A DNA stretch of 56,788 bases from NCBI GenBank assembly GCA_947626595.1, contig CANQST010000004.1, positions 1 through 56,788 on the forward strand. The letters are read 5' to 3'. The translations under genes were made by a program, and so were the position numbers. Under the pieces are notes generated by a model, which saw only the letters and a list, made by a program, of their open reading frames with translations, ran no database searches and was not told where the DNA came from. The stretch comes from an uncultured Bacilli bacterium. Lineage in GTDB: Bacteria > Bacillota_I > Bacilli_A > RF39 > UBA660. Shown one piece after another: positions 1-7,925 of this stretch. Position 1 is the stretch's first letter; every line of letters begins with the position of its first letter.

Positions 1-4
1 ACAT

Positions 5-30
5 AAAAATAAGGGTTTTGCCCTTATTTT
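5..30 (+). terminator. Terminator-like hairpin at window start
   Basis: aaaaataaggg / cccttatttt stem with a short loop, ending in a T-run. It probably ends a gene upstream of the window. Confidence 0.4.
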
Positions 31-158
31 ATAATGCTTTTAAAGAAATTAGCTCCCCACTAGATTATCTAGAGCCAGATTAGTTAATTCTAATCTTTTT
101 CTTTCTAGACATATCTATCTTTTAGTGATAAAATTATTAGTAGATAGAAGGTGGCTAT

Positions 159-473
159 ATGTATATAGATTTAATTTTATTAGTTGTGTTGATATTAGTA
201 GTAATAATGTTTTTTAAGAGGTTTGATTCTTTTGTATATAGTATGGCTATAGTAGAAATATTTTTAAGAATATTAACTTTTATTAAGGATAATATTGGCT
301 TAAAAGATGTAAGCAATTTAATAGGTAAATATTTACCAGAAAATATCTTTTCTATTATAAATAGATATAGTAGTGGTATAGTTAATACTATACTTAAATG
401 GGCTTTTGTATTTATAATGATAATATTCTTAAGTTATATTATTAAGATATTTATAAAGAAAAAGAAAATTTAA
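159..473 (+). CDS. Small hydrophobic membrane protein, function unknown
   Basis: 104-aa ORF with RBS-like aaggtgg upstream. Three predicted hydrophobic helices and a lysine-rich C-terminus. No recognisable family. Confidence 0.45.
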   Translation: MYIDLILLVVLILVVIMFFKRFDSFVYSMAIVEIFLRILTFIKDNIGLKDVSNLIGKYLPENIFSIINRYSSGIVNTILKWAFVFIMIIFLSYIIKIFIKKKKI

Positions 474-530
474 ACTTAAAACGACAAATTAGTCGTTTTT
501 TTCTTTATATACTAGTAATGGTGATAAGCA

Positions 531-1292
531 ATGAAAATATATTTAGATATAGTTTTCTTACTTAATTTTATGATAGATTTCTTTATTCTTTATGGAGTTA
601 AAAAGGTATTAAAAGAAAATATATCACTTAAAAGATTATTACTAGGAAGTATTACTGGTAGTCTTACTATATTATTACTTTTTATAAATGTAAATAATAT
701 AGTACTTTTACTAAGTAAATTTATAGTAAGTGTATTGATAATACTTATTACTTTTGGGAAAAAACTTTTTCTTAAGAACTTAGCTTATTTCTATTTAATA
801 AGTATTATACTAGGTGGAAGTTTTTACTTATTAGATATTACTTATGTAGAAGAAAATTTATTAGTATTTAGAAATAATCATTTAATTAACTTATTTATAT
901 TAGGAGGAGGAAGTATATTTATTATATATTTATTTGTAAAAGAAAGGATTAATTATAAAGAGACTTTTTCTAATAAGTATATAGTTAAAATAATTATAAA
1001 TAAAAGTGAATATATTTTAGATGGTTTTATTGATACTGGTAATAGATTATTTGATCCATATAAGAAAAGGAGTGTTATCTTAGTAAATTTAGAATTAAAG
1101 AAGAAAAGTAATTATATTTATGTTCCTTATAAAGCACTTAATACTACGGGAGTAATTCCATGTATAAAACCAGATAAAGTAATTATTGAAAATAAAGAAT
1201 TTAATAATTGTTTAATAGGTTTAAGTAAAGAGAAATTTAAAATAGATAATTTTTCATGCATATTACCAAATAAATTTAAGGAGGAATTATGA
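531..1292 (+). CDS. spoIIGA: Sigma-E processing aspartic peptidase SpoIIGA
   Basis: Multi-TM N-terminal half, then a C-terminal domain with the aspartic protease motif GFIDTGN. It overlaps the downstream pro-sigma-E gene by 4 nt, the classic spoIIGA-sigE arrangement. Confidence 0.85.
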   Translation: MKIYLDIVFLLNFMIDFFILYGVKKVLKENISLKRLLLGSITGSLTILLLFINVNNIVLLLSKFIVSVLIILITFGKKLFLKNLAYFYLISIILGGSFYLLDITYVEENLLVFRNNHLINLFILGGGSIFIIYLFVKERINYKETFSNKYIVKIIINKSEYILDGFIDTGNRLFDPYKKRSVILVNLELKKKSNYIYVPYKALNTTGVIPCIKPDKVIIENKEFNNCLIGLSKEKFKIDNFSCILPNKFKEEL

Positions 1293-1978
1293 AGATAATT
1301 TTATTTATTAAGAAGTTATTTAGAAAAGTAGGAAGTATTTTTTATGTGGGCGCTACGGATATGTTACCAGAGCCTTTATCAAGAGAGATGGAAGACTATT
1401 ATGTTAGTTTAAAAGACGATGGTGATTTGAAAGCTAAAGATATTTTAATTGAACATAATTTAAGATTAGTTGTTTTCTTGGCTAAGAAATATGAAAATAC
1501 AGGAGTAGATTTAGAAGATTTAGTTAGTATTGGTACTATTGGATTAATTAAAGGGATAAATACTTTTAGTAAGAGTAAAAATATAAAGCTTGCGACTTAT
1601 GCATCTCGTTGTATAGATAATGAAATATTAATGTTTTTAAGGAAAAATAAGAAATTAAAGAGTGAAGTAAGTATAGATGCATCTTTATCTTTTGATAGTG
1701 ATGGTAATGAACTTCATTTAGAAGATGTTTTAGGAACAGATCCTGATATTGTTACTAAGGGAATTGAAGAGGAAACAGAAAGAAGTATTATGATAAATGA
1801 AGTTCTTCATTTGAAACCTAGAGATAGAGATATAATGATATTAAGATATGGATTAATGGGTAGTGAAGAAATGACCCAAAAAGAAGTAGCAGAAAAGCTT
1901 GGTATAAGTCAGTCTTATATATCGCGAATTGAAAAAAAGGTAATTAAAAGATTAAAAACACTAGTCAATTATACATAA
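1289..1978 (+). CDS. sigE: Sporulation sigma factor SigE (pro-sigma-E)
   Basis: N-terminal pro-sequence followed by YVGATDMLPEPLS. Sigma-70 region 2 (HNLRLVVFLAKKY, ATYASRCIDNEI) and region 4 (TQKEVAEKLGISQSYISRIEKK). Located directly after spoIIGA. Confidence 0.9.
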   Translation: MKIILFIKKLFRKVGSIFYVGATDMLPEPLSREMEDYYVSLKDDGDLKAKDILIEHNLRLVVFLAKKYENTGVDLEDLVSIGTIGLIKGINTFSKSKNIKLATYASRCIDNEILMFLRKNKKLKSEVSIDASLSFDSDGNELHLEDVLGTDPDIVTKGIEEETERSIMINEVLHLKPRDRDIMILRYGLMGSEEMTQKEVAEKLGISQSYISRIEKKVIKRLKTLVNYT

Positions 1979-2007
1979 ATATTTTATAATTATAGTGGGT
2001 GGTTAAT

Positions 2008-2619
2008 ATGGCAAAGTTATATTTTAGACATGGCGCAATGAATAGTGGTAAAACTGCTTTATTGTTACAAGTTGCTCATAATTATGAAGAACAAGGACAA
2101 AAAGTTATTGTATTAAAACCAAAGATTGATACTAAAGGAGAGGAAAAAATTACTTCAAGGATAGGCTTATCTAGGAAAGTAGACCATTTAATTGAAGATG
2201 GTGAAGATATATTTCTATATGTTAAAGATAATCATAAAGATGCTGCTTGCGTTTTAGTGGATGAGGCACAATTTATTGAAAGAAAGCAAGCAGACGATTT
2301 ATTAAAAATAGTTGTTTTACTAGATATACCGGTTATTTGTTATGGATTAAGACTGGATTTTAAGGGAAATGGTTTTCCTGGGTCTACTAGGTTATTAGAA
2401 ATAGCTCAATCAATTGAAGAGTTGAAAACTATTTGTAAATGTGGTAGAAAAGCTATGTTTAATGCTAGATTTTTAGATGGAGAATTTACTTTAGATGGAG
2501 ATCAGGTTGCGATAGATGGTAAGGATAATGTTACCTATGAAGCATTATGTCACTATTGTTATTACGATAAGAAAATAGAATATGAAGGAAAGAAGTTAGT
2601 GAAGAATAGGAACTGTTAA
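2008..2619 (+). CDS. tdk: Thymidine kinase
   Basis: MAKLYFRHGAMNSGKT P-loop, VDEAQF motif and a C-terminal zinc-knuckle pattern (CKCG...CHYC). The ATG at 2008 is preferred over the GTG at 1999 given in the ORF track. Confidence 0.93.
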   Translation: MAKLYFRHGAMNSGKTALLLQVAHNYEEQGQKVIVLKPKIDTKGEEKITSRIGLSRKVDHLIEDGEDIFLYVKDNHKDAACVLVDEAQFIERKQADDLLKIVVLLDIPVICYGLRLDFKGNGFPGSTRLLEIAQSIEELKTICKCGRKAMFNARFLDGEFTLDGDQVAIDGKDNVTYEALCHYCYYDKKIEYEGKKLVKNRNC

Positions 2620-2681
2620 GATATTTCTTAATAGTTTTTTCTTTTGAAAAAAAATTAAAAAAAATTGAATTTTTACTAATT

Positions 2682-2789
2682 TGTTAAATTCAGGGTAAAA
2701 AGTACTCTGAATTTTATATTTTCCCCTAGGCGAATTTGTAAAATTCATAGTAAAAATGGCTGTGAATTTTGCAAAACCTCGGTTTGCAT
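2682..2789. repeat. Two related hairpin repeats plus a third hairpin upstream of the Rpn gene
   Basis: ttgttaaattcag-ggtaaaaagtact-ctgaatttt (2682-2716) and ttgtaaaattcatag-taaaaatgg-ctgtgaatttt (2736-2771) share arms AAATTCA/TGAATTT and a GTAAAAA loop core. tgcaaa-acctcgg-tttgca follows at 2769-2789. Confidence 0.4.
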
Positions 2790-2845
2790 TAGTCTTTTTA
2801 TTGTGTTAAACTTGCTTTTGTTCTTATGGGGAGGAGGTGTTTCTA

Positions 2846-3736
2846 TTGAAGAAAGAACAAAAGAAAAAAGAAGAAGATAAAGAAGAAAAAGAGGAGAAAG
2901 TGTATTATACTAGTAAATGTGATGGTGTCTTTAAAGCTATCTTTTGTAATGAAAATGATTTATCTTTACTAAAAGCTTTATTAGAAGATAAATTAAACAT
3001 TAAAATAGAAACTATGAAACTACTTAATAATGAATTAGTAATTGATTATGTTGGTGACAAGATTAAGCATGTTGATGCGATAGTTGAAGTTAATGATAAA
3101 ATGATAGTTAATATCGAAGTTAATGGATACTATGCAGGATGGAGAGCCTTTAGAAACTTTGTTTATTTCTGTCAAATAATAGTAAGTAGAATAGTAAATG
3201 GACAAAGTTATGATTTAAAAAATGAATTTGTCCAAATAAATTTAACATATGGCTTATCTAAGAAAAAAGAAATAGTACGTAATATAGAGTATTCAGAAAA
3301 TGTTAAAATGTTAGAATTTAATATGGACAAAATAAGAGACTTATGGTATTATAATGATGAAGAGGAAATAGAGAAGTATAAGTATCTAATAATGCAAGAT
3401 TTAGATAAGGAGCAATTAGATAAATTTTGTGAGAAATTTAAAGGAGATGATGTAATCATGACATATAGAGAGAAATTAAATAAGTTAAATGATGGAGGTT
3501 ATCATTTTTTAACTCCTGAAGAGGAAGAATTATATGAAAGAAATACATATAAAGAGATGGGAAGAGACGAAGGCTTAAAGGAAGGACTAGAACAAGGCCG
3601 TGTTGAGGGAAAAGAAGAAGGCAGAAAAGAAGAAAAAGAAGAAACAGCTAGAAATATGCTTAAAGATAAGGTTGATGTAGCTTTAATTTCTAAGTATACT
3701 AATCTACCAACATCACGTATTATGACACTATTATAA
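2846..3736 (+). CDS. Rpn-family recombination-promoting nuclease / PD-(D/E)XK putative transposase
   Basis: N-terminal CDGVFKAIF...LLKALL, then core D-x-IVEV...IVNIEVN and RNFVYFCQIIVSRIVNGQSY, which fits the PD-(D/E)XK pattern. The C-terminal tail is EG-rich (EGLKEGLEQGRVEGKEEGRKE...ARNMLKD...ISKYTNL), typical of Rpn/YhgA-like tails. TTG at 2846 sits 9 nt after GGAGG and is preferred to the GTG at 2837. Confidence 0.75.
   Translation: MKKEQKKKEEDKEEKEEKVYYTSKCDGVFKAIFCNENDLSLLKALLEDKLNIKIETMKLLNNELVIDYVGDKIKHVDAIVEVNDKMIVNIEVNGYYAGWRAFRNFVYFCQIIVSRIVNGQSYDLKNEFVQINLTYGLSKKKEIVRNIEYSENVKMLEFNMDKIRDLWYYNDEEEIEKYKYLIMQDLDKEQLDKFCEKFKGDDVIMTYREKLNKLNDGGYHFLTPEEEELYERNTYKEMGRDEGLKEGLEQGRVEGKEEGRKEEKEETARNMLKDKVDVALISKYTNLPTSRIMTLL
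3458..3736 (+). CDS. Possible internally initiated C-terminal product of the Rpn gene (92 aa)
   Basis: An in-frame ATG at 3458 is preceded by aaaggagatgatgtaatc. This is nearly the same RBS context as the free-standing duplicate gene at 3772 (aaaggaggagtgataatc). Confidence 0.35.
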   Translation: MTYREKLNKLNDGGYHFLTPEEEELYERNTYKEMGRDEGLKEGLEQGRVEGKEEGRKEEKEETARNMLKDKVDVALISKYTNLPTSRIMTLL

Positions 3737-3771
3737 ACGTAAGGGAATGGTTAAAAGGAGGAGTGATAATC

Positions 3772-4062
3772 ATGACATATAGAGAAAAATTAAATAAGTT
3801 GAATGATGGAGGTTATCATTTTTTAACTCCTGAAGAGGAAGAATTATATGAAAGAAATACATACAAAGAGATGGGAAGAGACGAAGGCTTAAAAGAAGGC
3901 TTAGAAAAAGGAATAGAACAAGGCCGTGTTGAAGGAGAGAAAAAAGGCAGAAAAGAAGAAAAAGAAGAAACAGCTAGAAATCTACTTAAGAATAATGTAG
4001 ATATAGGTATTATTTCTAAGTGTACTAACTTATCAAAAGCTCACATTATGACATTATTATAA
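3772..4062 (+). CDS. Free-standing Rpn C-terminal-tail paralogue (96 aa)
   Basis: The first 45 residues (MTYREKLNKLNDGGYHFLTPEEEELYERNTYKEMGRDEGLKEGLE) are identical to residues of the upstream Rpn ORF starting at its internal Met. Strong RBS aaaggaggag 7 nt upstream of the ATG. Confidence 0.7.
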   Translation: MTYREKLNKLNDGGYHFLTPEEEELYERNTYKEMGRDEGLKEGLEKGIEQGRVEGEKKGRKEEKEETARNLLKNNVDIGIISKCTNLSKAHIMTLL

Positions 4063-4069
4063 ATTTAAA

Positions 4070-4115
4070 AGAGCAGTTGCAGAAACAAATTACTTAATTT
4101 CTGAACTGCTCTTTT
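4070..4115. terminator. Bidirectional terminator hairpin
   Basis: agagcagttgcagaaa ... tttctgaactgctct long stem, flanked by an A-run on the left and ttttttg on the right. It lies between convergent genes and overlaps the 3' end of the XRE gene. Confidence 0.6.
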
Positions 4116-4323
4116 TTGCGTATGGTTCTTTAATATTAGTAAGTCCTAATATGTAGTCAGTACTAGTATGATAGAACTTAGCTAGAGTAATAAGGGCTTG
4201 AGTAGGTATATCAGTTTTTTCTGTTTCATAATTAGAAATAGCCTTTTGTGATATACCTGTTTTTTCATATAAATCTTTTTGTAATAAATTATTGTCTTGT
4301 CTTAAATCTCTTAATCTATTCAT
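4090..4323 (-). CDS. XRE-family HTH transcriptional regulator (cassette 1)
   Basis: LRQDNNLLQKDLYEKTGISQKAISNYETEKTDIP is a Cro/C1-type HTH. The C-terminal motif is TSTDYILGLTN. It is divergent from the fibre-like gene at 4449. Confidence 0.85.
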   Translation of the reverse strand: MNRLRDLRQDNNLLQKDLYEKTGISQKAISNYETEKTDIPTQALITLAKFYHTSTDYILGLTNIKEPYAKKSSSEIK

Positions 4324-4354
4324 ATTTACACCTCTTTCTTAAAATATTTTAATA

Positions 4355-4426
4355 TAGTCTTAATAAGTCTATTGACTTTTAGACTTAATTAGTCTATGAT
4401 ATTAGTATATAGACTTAACTAGTCTA
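4355..4426. promoter_or_regulatory. Promoter with three copies of a 17-bp palindromic operator (cassette 1)
   Basis: TAGTCTTAATAAGTCTA (4355-4371), TAGACTTAATTAGTCTA (4380-4396) and TAGACTTAACTAGTCTA (4410-4426). Promoter elements are TTGACT (4372-4377), a 17-nt spacer and TATGAT. The middle operator fills the spacer. Confidence 0.55.
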
Positions 4427-4448
4427 TAAAGTTAAGGATAGTGATAAT

Positions 4449-5243
4449 GTGAAAAGAAAAGAAATTATTATATTTATGATAATAGCAATAGTTATATCAA
4501 TTACTTTGTCCTTTTGTTTAGCAGAAACTTTAATAGAAAGTAAAAATGTTTCTTACGTAGGTAATTCTAAGTTAGGAGCGACTAATGTACAAAATGCCAT
4601 AGATGGAACTTGCACGAAGTTTAGTAATGAGTTAACTAATTTAGAAAGAACTTTGCTAGATAAGTTCTATCCCGTAGGAAGTGTTTATATATCAACAACT
4701 CTAAAGACCGCAACAGAAGTACAAAATAGTTTTGGTGGCACTTGGGTCTCATATGGAATAGGAAAAACATTATTAAGTAGTACAACAAGCGAACAAACAG
4801 GAGGTTCAAATACTGTAACTTTAACAACAGATAATCTTCCTGCTCATACTCATAATTATGATAAAGTTAATTCCAATACAGGTTCTCATACTTTGACAAT
4901 AGCAGAAATGCCAAGTCATTCTCATGGTTTTACAAGTCCTGGGGAAGAAGTGATAACTTTTGGTGGTGCTGAAAGTACAAATGGTATGAATGCAGCAGCT
5001 GGTTTTGTTGCTGTTGTGTGTCCACAAGGTGTTTGTCCTAGCAATTTTAGTTCGGCTTATAATTGGTTTAGGGGAGCTGAAAAGAGTATGGGAAAAATTG
5101 GCACAACTGGAAATGATGGAGGACATACACATACTATTTCAACTACATCAAGTAAAACAAGTTCGGCAGGTTCAACTAATCCTACTGCTATCAATGTCCA
5201 AAATCCTTATATAACTGTTTATATGTATAAACGAACTAAGTAA
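4449..5243 (+). CDS. Signal/TM-anchored tail-fibre-like HxH-motif protein, paralogue 1
   Basis: GTG start. N-terminal hydrophobic leader (IIIFMIIAIVISITLSFCLA), then YPVGSVYIS...FGGTW and three HxH motifs (LPAHTHNY, MPSHSHGF, GGHTHTI). The C-terminus (STNPTAINVQNPYITVYMYKRT) is shared with the ORFs at 25300 and 33263. Confidence 0.75.
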   Translation: MKRKEIIIFMIIAIVISITLSFCLAETLIESKNVSYVGNSKLGATNVQNAIDGTCTKFSNELTNLERTLLDKFYPVGSVYISTTLKTATEVQNSFGGTWVSYGIGKTLLSSTTSEQTGGSNTVTLTTDNLPAHTHNYDKVNSNTGSHTLTIAEMPSHSHGFTSPGEEVITFGGAESTNGMNAAAGFVAVVCPQGVCPSNFSSAYNWFRGAEKSMGKIGTTGNDGGHTHTISTTSSKTSSAGSTNPTAINVQNPYITVYMYKRTK

Positions 5244-6525
5244 GATAACTTCTTACTTTTTTTAATGAAAGATATGTTACTACTAGGACACTTACACTAA
5301 TTGATATTATTAATCCCCATAAACCTATTTTTAAAAAAGATAAAATGAATAATAAAACTGTTCTAATGATAACACCAATACTAGTTATATAGAAATTATC
5401 TTTACTTTTCCCCATAGCATCTAATGAATTAGACAATGGAGACTGAATATACTGAAATAAACAAATAGGAGAAAGTATTCTGGTATAACTAATACCTTTA
5501 TTAGTATGGTATATTACTTTTAAAAAGAAATTTGGTATTATAAGAAAAGAAATAGTTATTGGTATACCTATTAATAATGATATATAAATAGCTTGTTTAA
5601 TCTTTCTTTTAACTAAAGAAAGATTTCCTTTGGAATATTCTCTTGATACTATAGGTAATAGTGCTTGAGATATTGCTAGAGTAAAGAAAGATGGTAATAA
5701 TACTAGTGGCATAACATATCCTGATAAAATTCCATACTCATTAGTAATATAATTACTAGTATAACCACATTTTAATAAAACATTAGTTAAAATAATGGGC
5801 TCCAAGAAATAACCAATGCTACCTATTAATCTTCCTGTAGTATTAGGTATACCAATAGATAAGCTTTCTTTTATATAACTAGTACTTGGTTTTAAATCTT
5901 TTTTTCTAATAGATAAGTTTTTGGGTAAAAATAAAAGTAAAATAACGATAGAAGATATTTCACTAATAATATTAGATAGAATTATAAATAAAACAGCGTA
6001 TTTTAGTCCTAATGGCAATATTAAAGGTATACCAATAATCATAATGATAAGTCTAATTATATCTTCAATAATATTACTTATAATATGAGGTAACATTTTT
6101 TCTTTACCAAAGAAATAGCTTCTACAAATACTAGAAATACTAGTAAAAGGGATAACTAAGGCTATGGCTAAGATACTCAGGTATGTGTCTTTATTATGTA
6201 AAAGTTTAGTAGAAAGGAATGGTGCTAGGAAAAAGATTGTTATAATTAATAAGCTATTTACAAATAAGCTTATAAGGAGACAAGATATAAATAATTTAAT
6301 ATTATTTTTAGTGTCTTCGGATACTAATTTGGATAAGGCTGTAGGTAGACCAAATTGACTTAGACCAATAAATAAAGAGAAAGTAGGAAGTATTAACATA
6401 TATAGTCCTAATCCTTTAGTACCAATAAGTCTACTCATAATAATTTTTATAAGCATACCAAGTATTTTGGTTAAAAAGCCACCTATTAGAAGAATAATTG
6501 TTGATTTAATAAATTTTTCTTTCAT
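5236..6525 (-). CDS. MOP-superfamily flippase, SpoVB/MurJ-like polysaccharide biosynthesis protein
   Basis: Polytopic membrane protein of 429 aa. The N-terminus STIILLIGGFLTKILGMLIKIIMSRLIGTKGLGLYMLILPTFSLFIGLSQFGLPTALSKLVSE is typical of SpoVB-like proteins. It is shorter than I expect for SpoVB. Confidence 0.65.
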   Translation of the reverse strand: MKEKFIKSTIILLIGGFLTKILGMLIKIIMSRLIGTKGLGLYMLILPTFSLFIGLSQFGLPTALSKLVSEDTKNNIKLFISCLLISLFVNSLLIITIFFLAPFLSTKLLHNKDTYLSILAIALVIPFTSISSICRSYFFGKEKMLPHIISNIIEDIIRLIIMIIGIPLILPLGLKYAVLFIILSNIISEISSIVILLLFLPKNLSIRKKDLKPSTSYIKESLSIGIPNTTGRLIGSIGYFLEPIILTNVLLKCGYTSNYITNEYGILSGYVMPLVLLPSFFTLAISQALLPIVSREYSKGNLSLVKRKIKQAIYISLLIGIPITISFLIIPNFFLKVIYHTNKGISYTRILSPICLFQYIQSPLSNSLDAMGKSKDNFYITSIGVIIRTVLLFILSFLKIGLWGLIISISVSVLVVTYLSLKKVRSYLT

Positions 6526-6731
6526 GGTAAAGTTTATGCAAAAAAGACTATTTTTTTTCGTTAAAGTATGTTATTATTTTATTAGAGGATACTGATTTTA
6601 TTAGTGTAAAAAAATGTAAATCAAACATAAGTAAAATTATGTAAATAAATTATGTAAAGATTTATTATTTATTAAAAATCTTCTTTAAAAGATAAGAATG
6701 ATGTGATATTCTAGTATTAGAGGTGCAGTAT

Positions 6732-7799
6732 ATGAGAAATGTAATTACTTTTTTAACTAGTAAAGAAATAATCGTTGTTTATATAGTAGCGGCTATTGCG
6801 TGTTTTTTGGCGTTTCTTATTTATTTGGTTGATAAGAGTTATGATAAAAGAAAACAAAGACATAATACTAGAGAGTTAAATAAATTGGTAGAGGAAGTAT
6901 CAGAAGTTATTGCACAAGAGGAAGTGCCTGTTACGTATAGTGAACCTGTGTTAGAGGCTGTTAGTCCTAGCGTGGTAGAAGAAGAGAAAAAAGATGTTAT
7001 AATTGAAAAAGCTAAAGAAGTAAATACTACACCAGTTATAGAAGAGGTAAAGGCTCCTATTACGGCTAATAAAGAAATAGAAGTATTAGAAGAAGACAAT
7101 GTTGTTTTAGATAGTTTAAATACATTAGAAGAAACACAAGAAGTAGTTTCTAATAAAGAGGAAGAGTTACAATATACAAGTATTGAACCTAATCCAGATG
7201 AGGCTAAGGAAGAACTTAGAAAACTAGTTTTAGAATTAGAAGAAGAGGAAAGAAGAAGTAGTGAAGATAATCCAACTATTATTAGTAATTATGAAGAAGA
7301 ACAAGAAAATAGCGCTATTATTAGTTTAGAGGAATTAGTTAAGAAGAGTAAAGAAATGTATGCTGCTAATGAAGTTACTCAGTATAGAGACGAAAGTAGT
7401 GTACCAATTAGTTTAGAAGATTTAGAAAAGACTAAGAAGGTAAATACTGCTCCTATATATGACGAGCCATTTATAATTGGTAATGTTGTTTCTGATATGG
7501 AAGAAATAATTTCTAGTAATGCACCTGAACAATTACAGTTAAGTGATTTTAACAGTACTGTTGTTCCTGACAATAAAGTTGTTACTAATTCAGAGATGAA
7601 GGAAGAAAATCCTAAAGATTTATATCAAGTTAATTTTAAGAAAAGTCCTGTTATATCACCAATTTATGGAATTGAAAGAAATGACGAGGAATACTTACAG
7701 CTAGAAAATACAGCCAATTATGATAAACTGGACGAAGAAATTAGGAAGACTAATGAGTTCTTAATGACACTGAAAGAATTACAAAAAAATTTGGATTAA
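6732..7799 (+). CDS. Membrane-anchored acidic (E-rich) protein, unknown function
   Basis: The ATG at 6732 follows agaggtg. One N-terminal TM helix, then a long E/V/K-rich region. No family recognised. Confidence 0.5.
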   Translation: MRNVITFLTSKEIIVVYIVAAIACFLAFLIYLVDKSYDKRKQRHNTRELNKLVEEVSEVIAQEEVPVTYSEPVLEAVSPSVVEEEKKDVIIEKAKEVNTTPVIEEVKAPITANKEIEVLEEDNVVLDSLNTLEETQEVVSNKEEELQYTSIEPNPDEAKEELRKLVLELEEEERRSSEDNPTIISNYEEEQENSAIISLEELVKKSKEMYAANEVTQYRDESSVPISLEDLEKTKKVNTAPIYDEPFIIGNVVSDMEEIISSNAPEQLQLSDFNSTVVPDNKVVTNSEMKEENPKDLYQVNFKKSPVISPIYGIERNDEEYLQLENTANYDKLDEEIRKTNEFLMTLKELQKNLD

Positions 7800-7803
7800 T
7801 GTT

Positions 7804-7831
7804 AAAAGAGGTTTTGTTACCTCTTTTCTTT
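7804..7831 (+). terminator. Rho-independent terminator
   Basis: aaagaggt-tttgtt-acctcttt followed by tcttt, immediately after the stop codon at 7799. Confidence 0.6.
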
Positions 7832-7881
7832 CTCTATATTTGAATTTATGTTTTAAATTCTAATTTATAATAAAAAGAATG

Positions 7882-7921
7882 AAAAAACCTCTTACTTTTT
7901 TCTAATAATAAAGTAAGAGGT
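7882..7921 (-). terminator. Rho-independent terminator of the TetR gene
   Basis: acctcttactt ... aagtaagaggt forms an 11-bp stem. The A-run on the plus strand gives a T-run on the minus strand. Confidence 0.6.
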
Positions 7922-7925
7922 GTTT

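Noticed and set aside
2846-3736. The Rpn-family 'putative transposase' might be an insertion sequence.
   Set aside because: I could identify no terminal inverted repeats or target-site duplications flanking the gene. Rpn/YhgA-like proteins are PD-(D/E)XK nucleases, not demonstrated autonomous transposases.
4920-5127. The variable centre of the fibre-like genes might be a diversity-generating retroelement (DGR) target.
   Set aside because: No reverse transcriptase gene and no nearby template-repeat copy of the variable region exists anywhere in the window. The differences between paralogues are wholesale replacements and indels, not adenine-specific substitutions.
4090-5243. The XRE plus tail-fibre-like gene might be a prophage remnant, with the repressor and a tail fibre surviving.
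   Set aside because: The same two-gene design occurs three times. Each protein has a hydrophobic N-terminal leader in place of a virion-attachment domain. Each has its own operator-controlled promoter. No capsid, portal, terminase, tape-measure, holin/lysin or integrase gene is present in the 56.8 kb. A phage origin for the domain remains likely, but these are not simple prophage debris.
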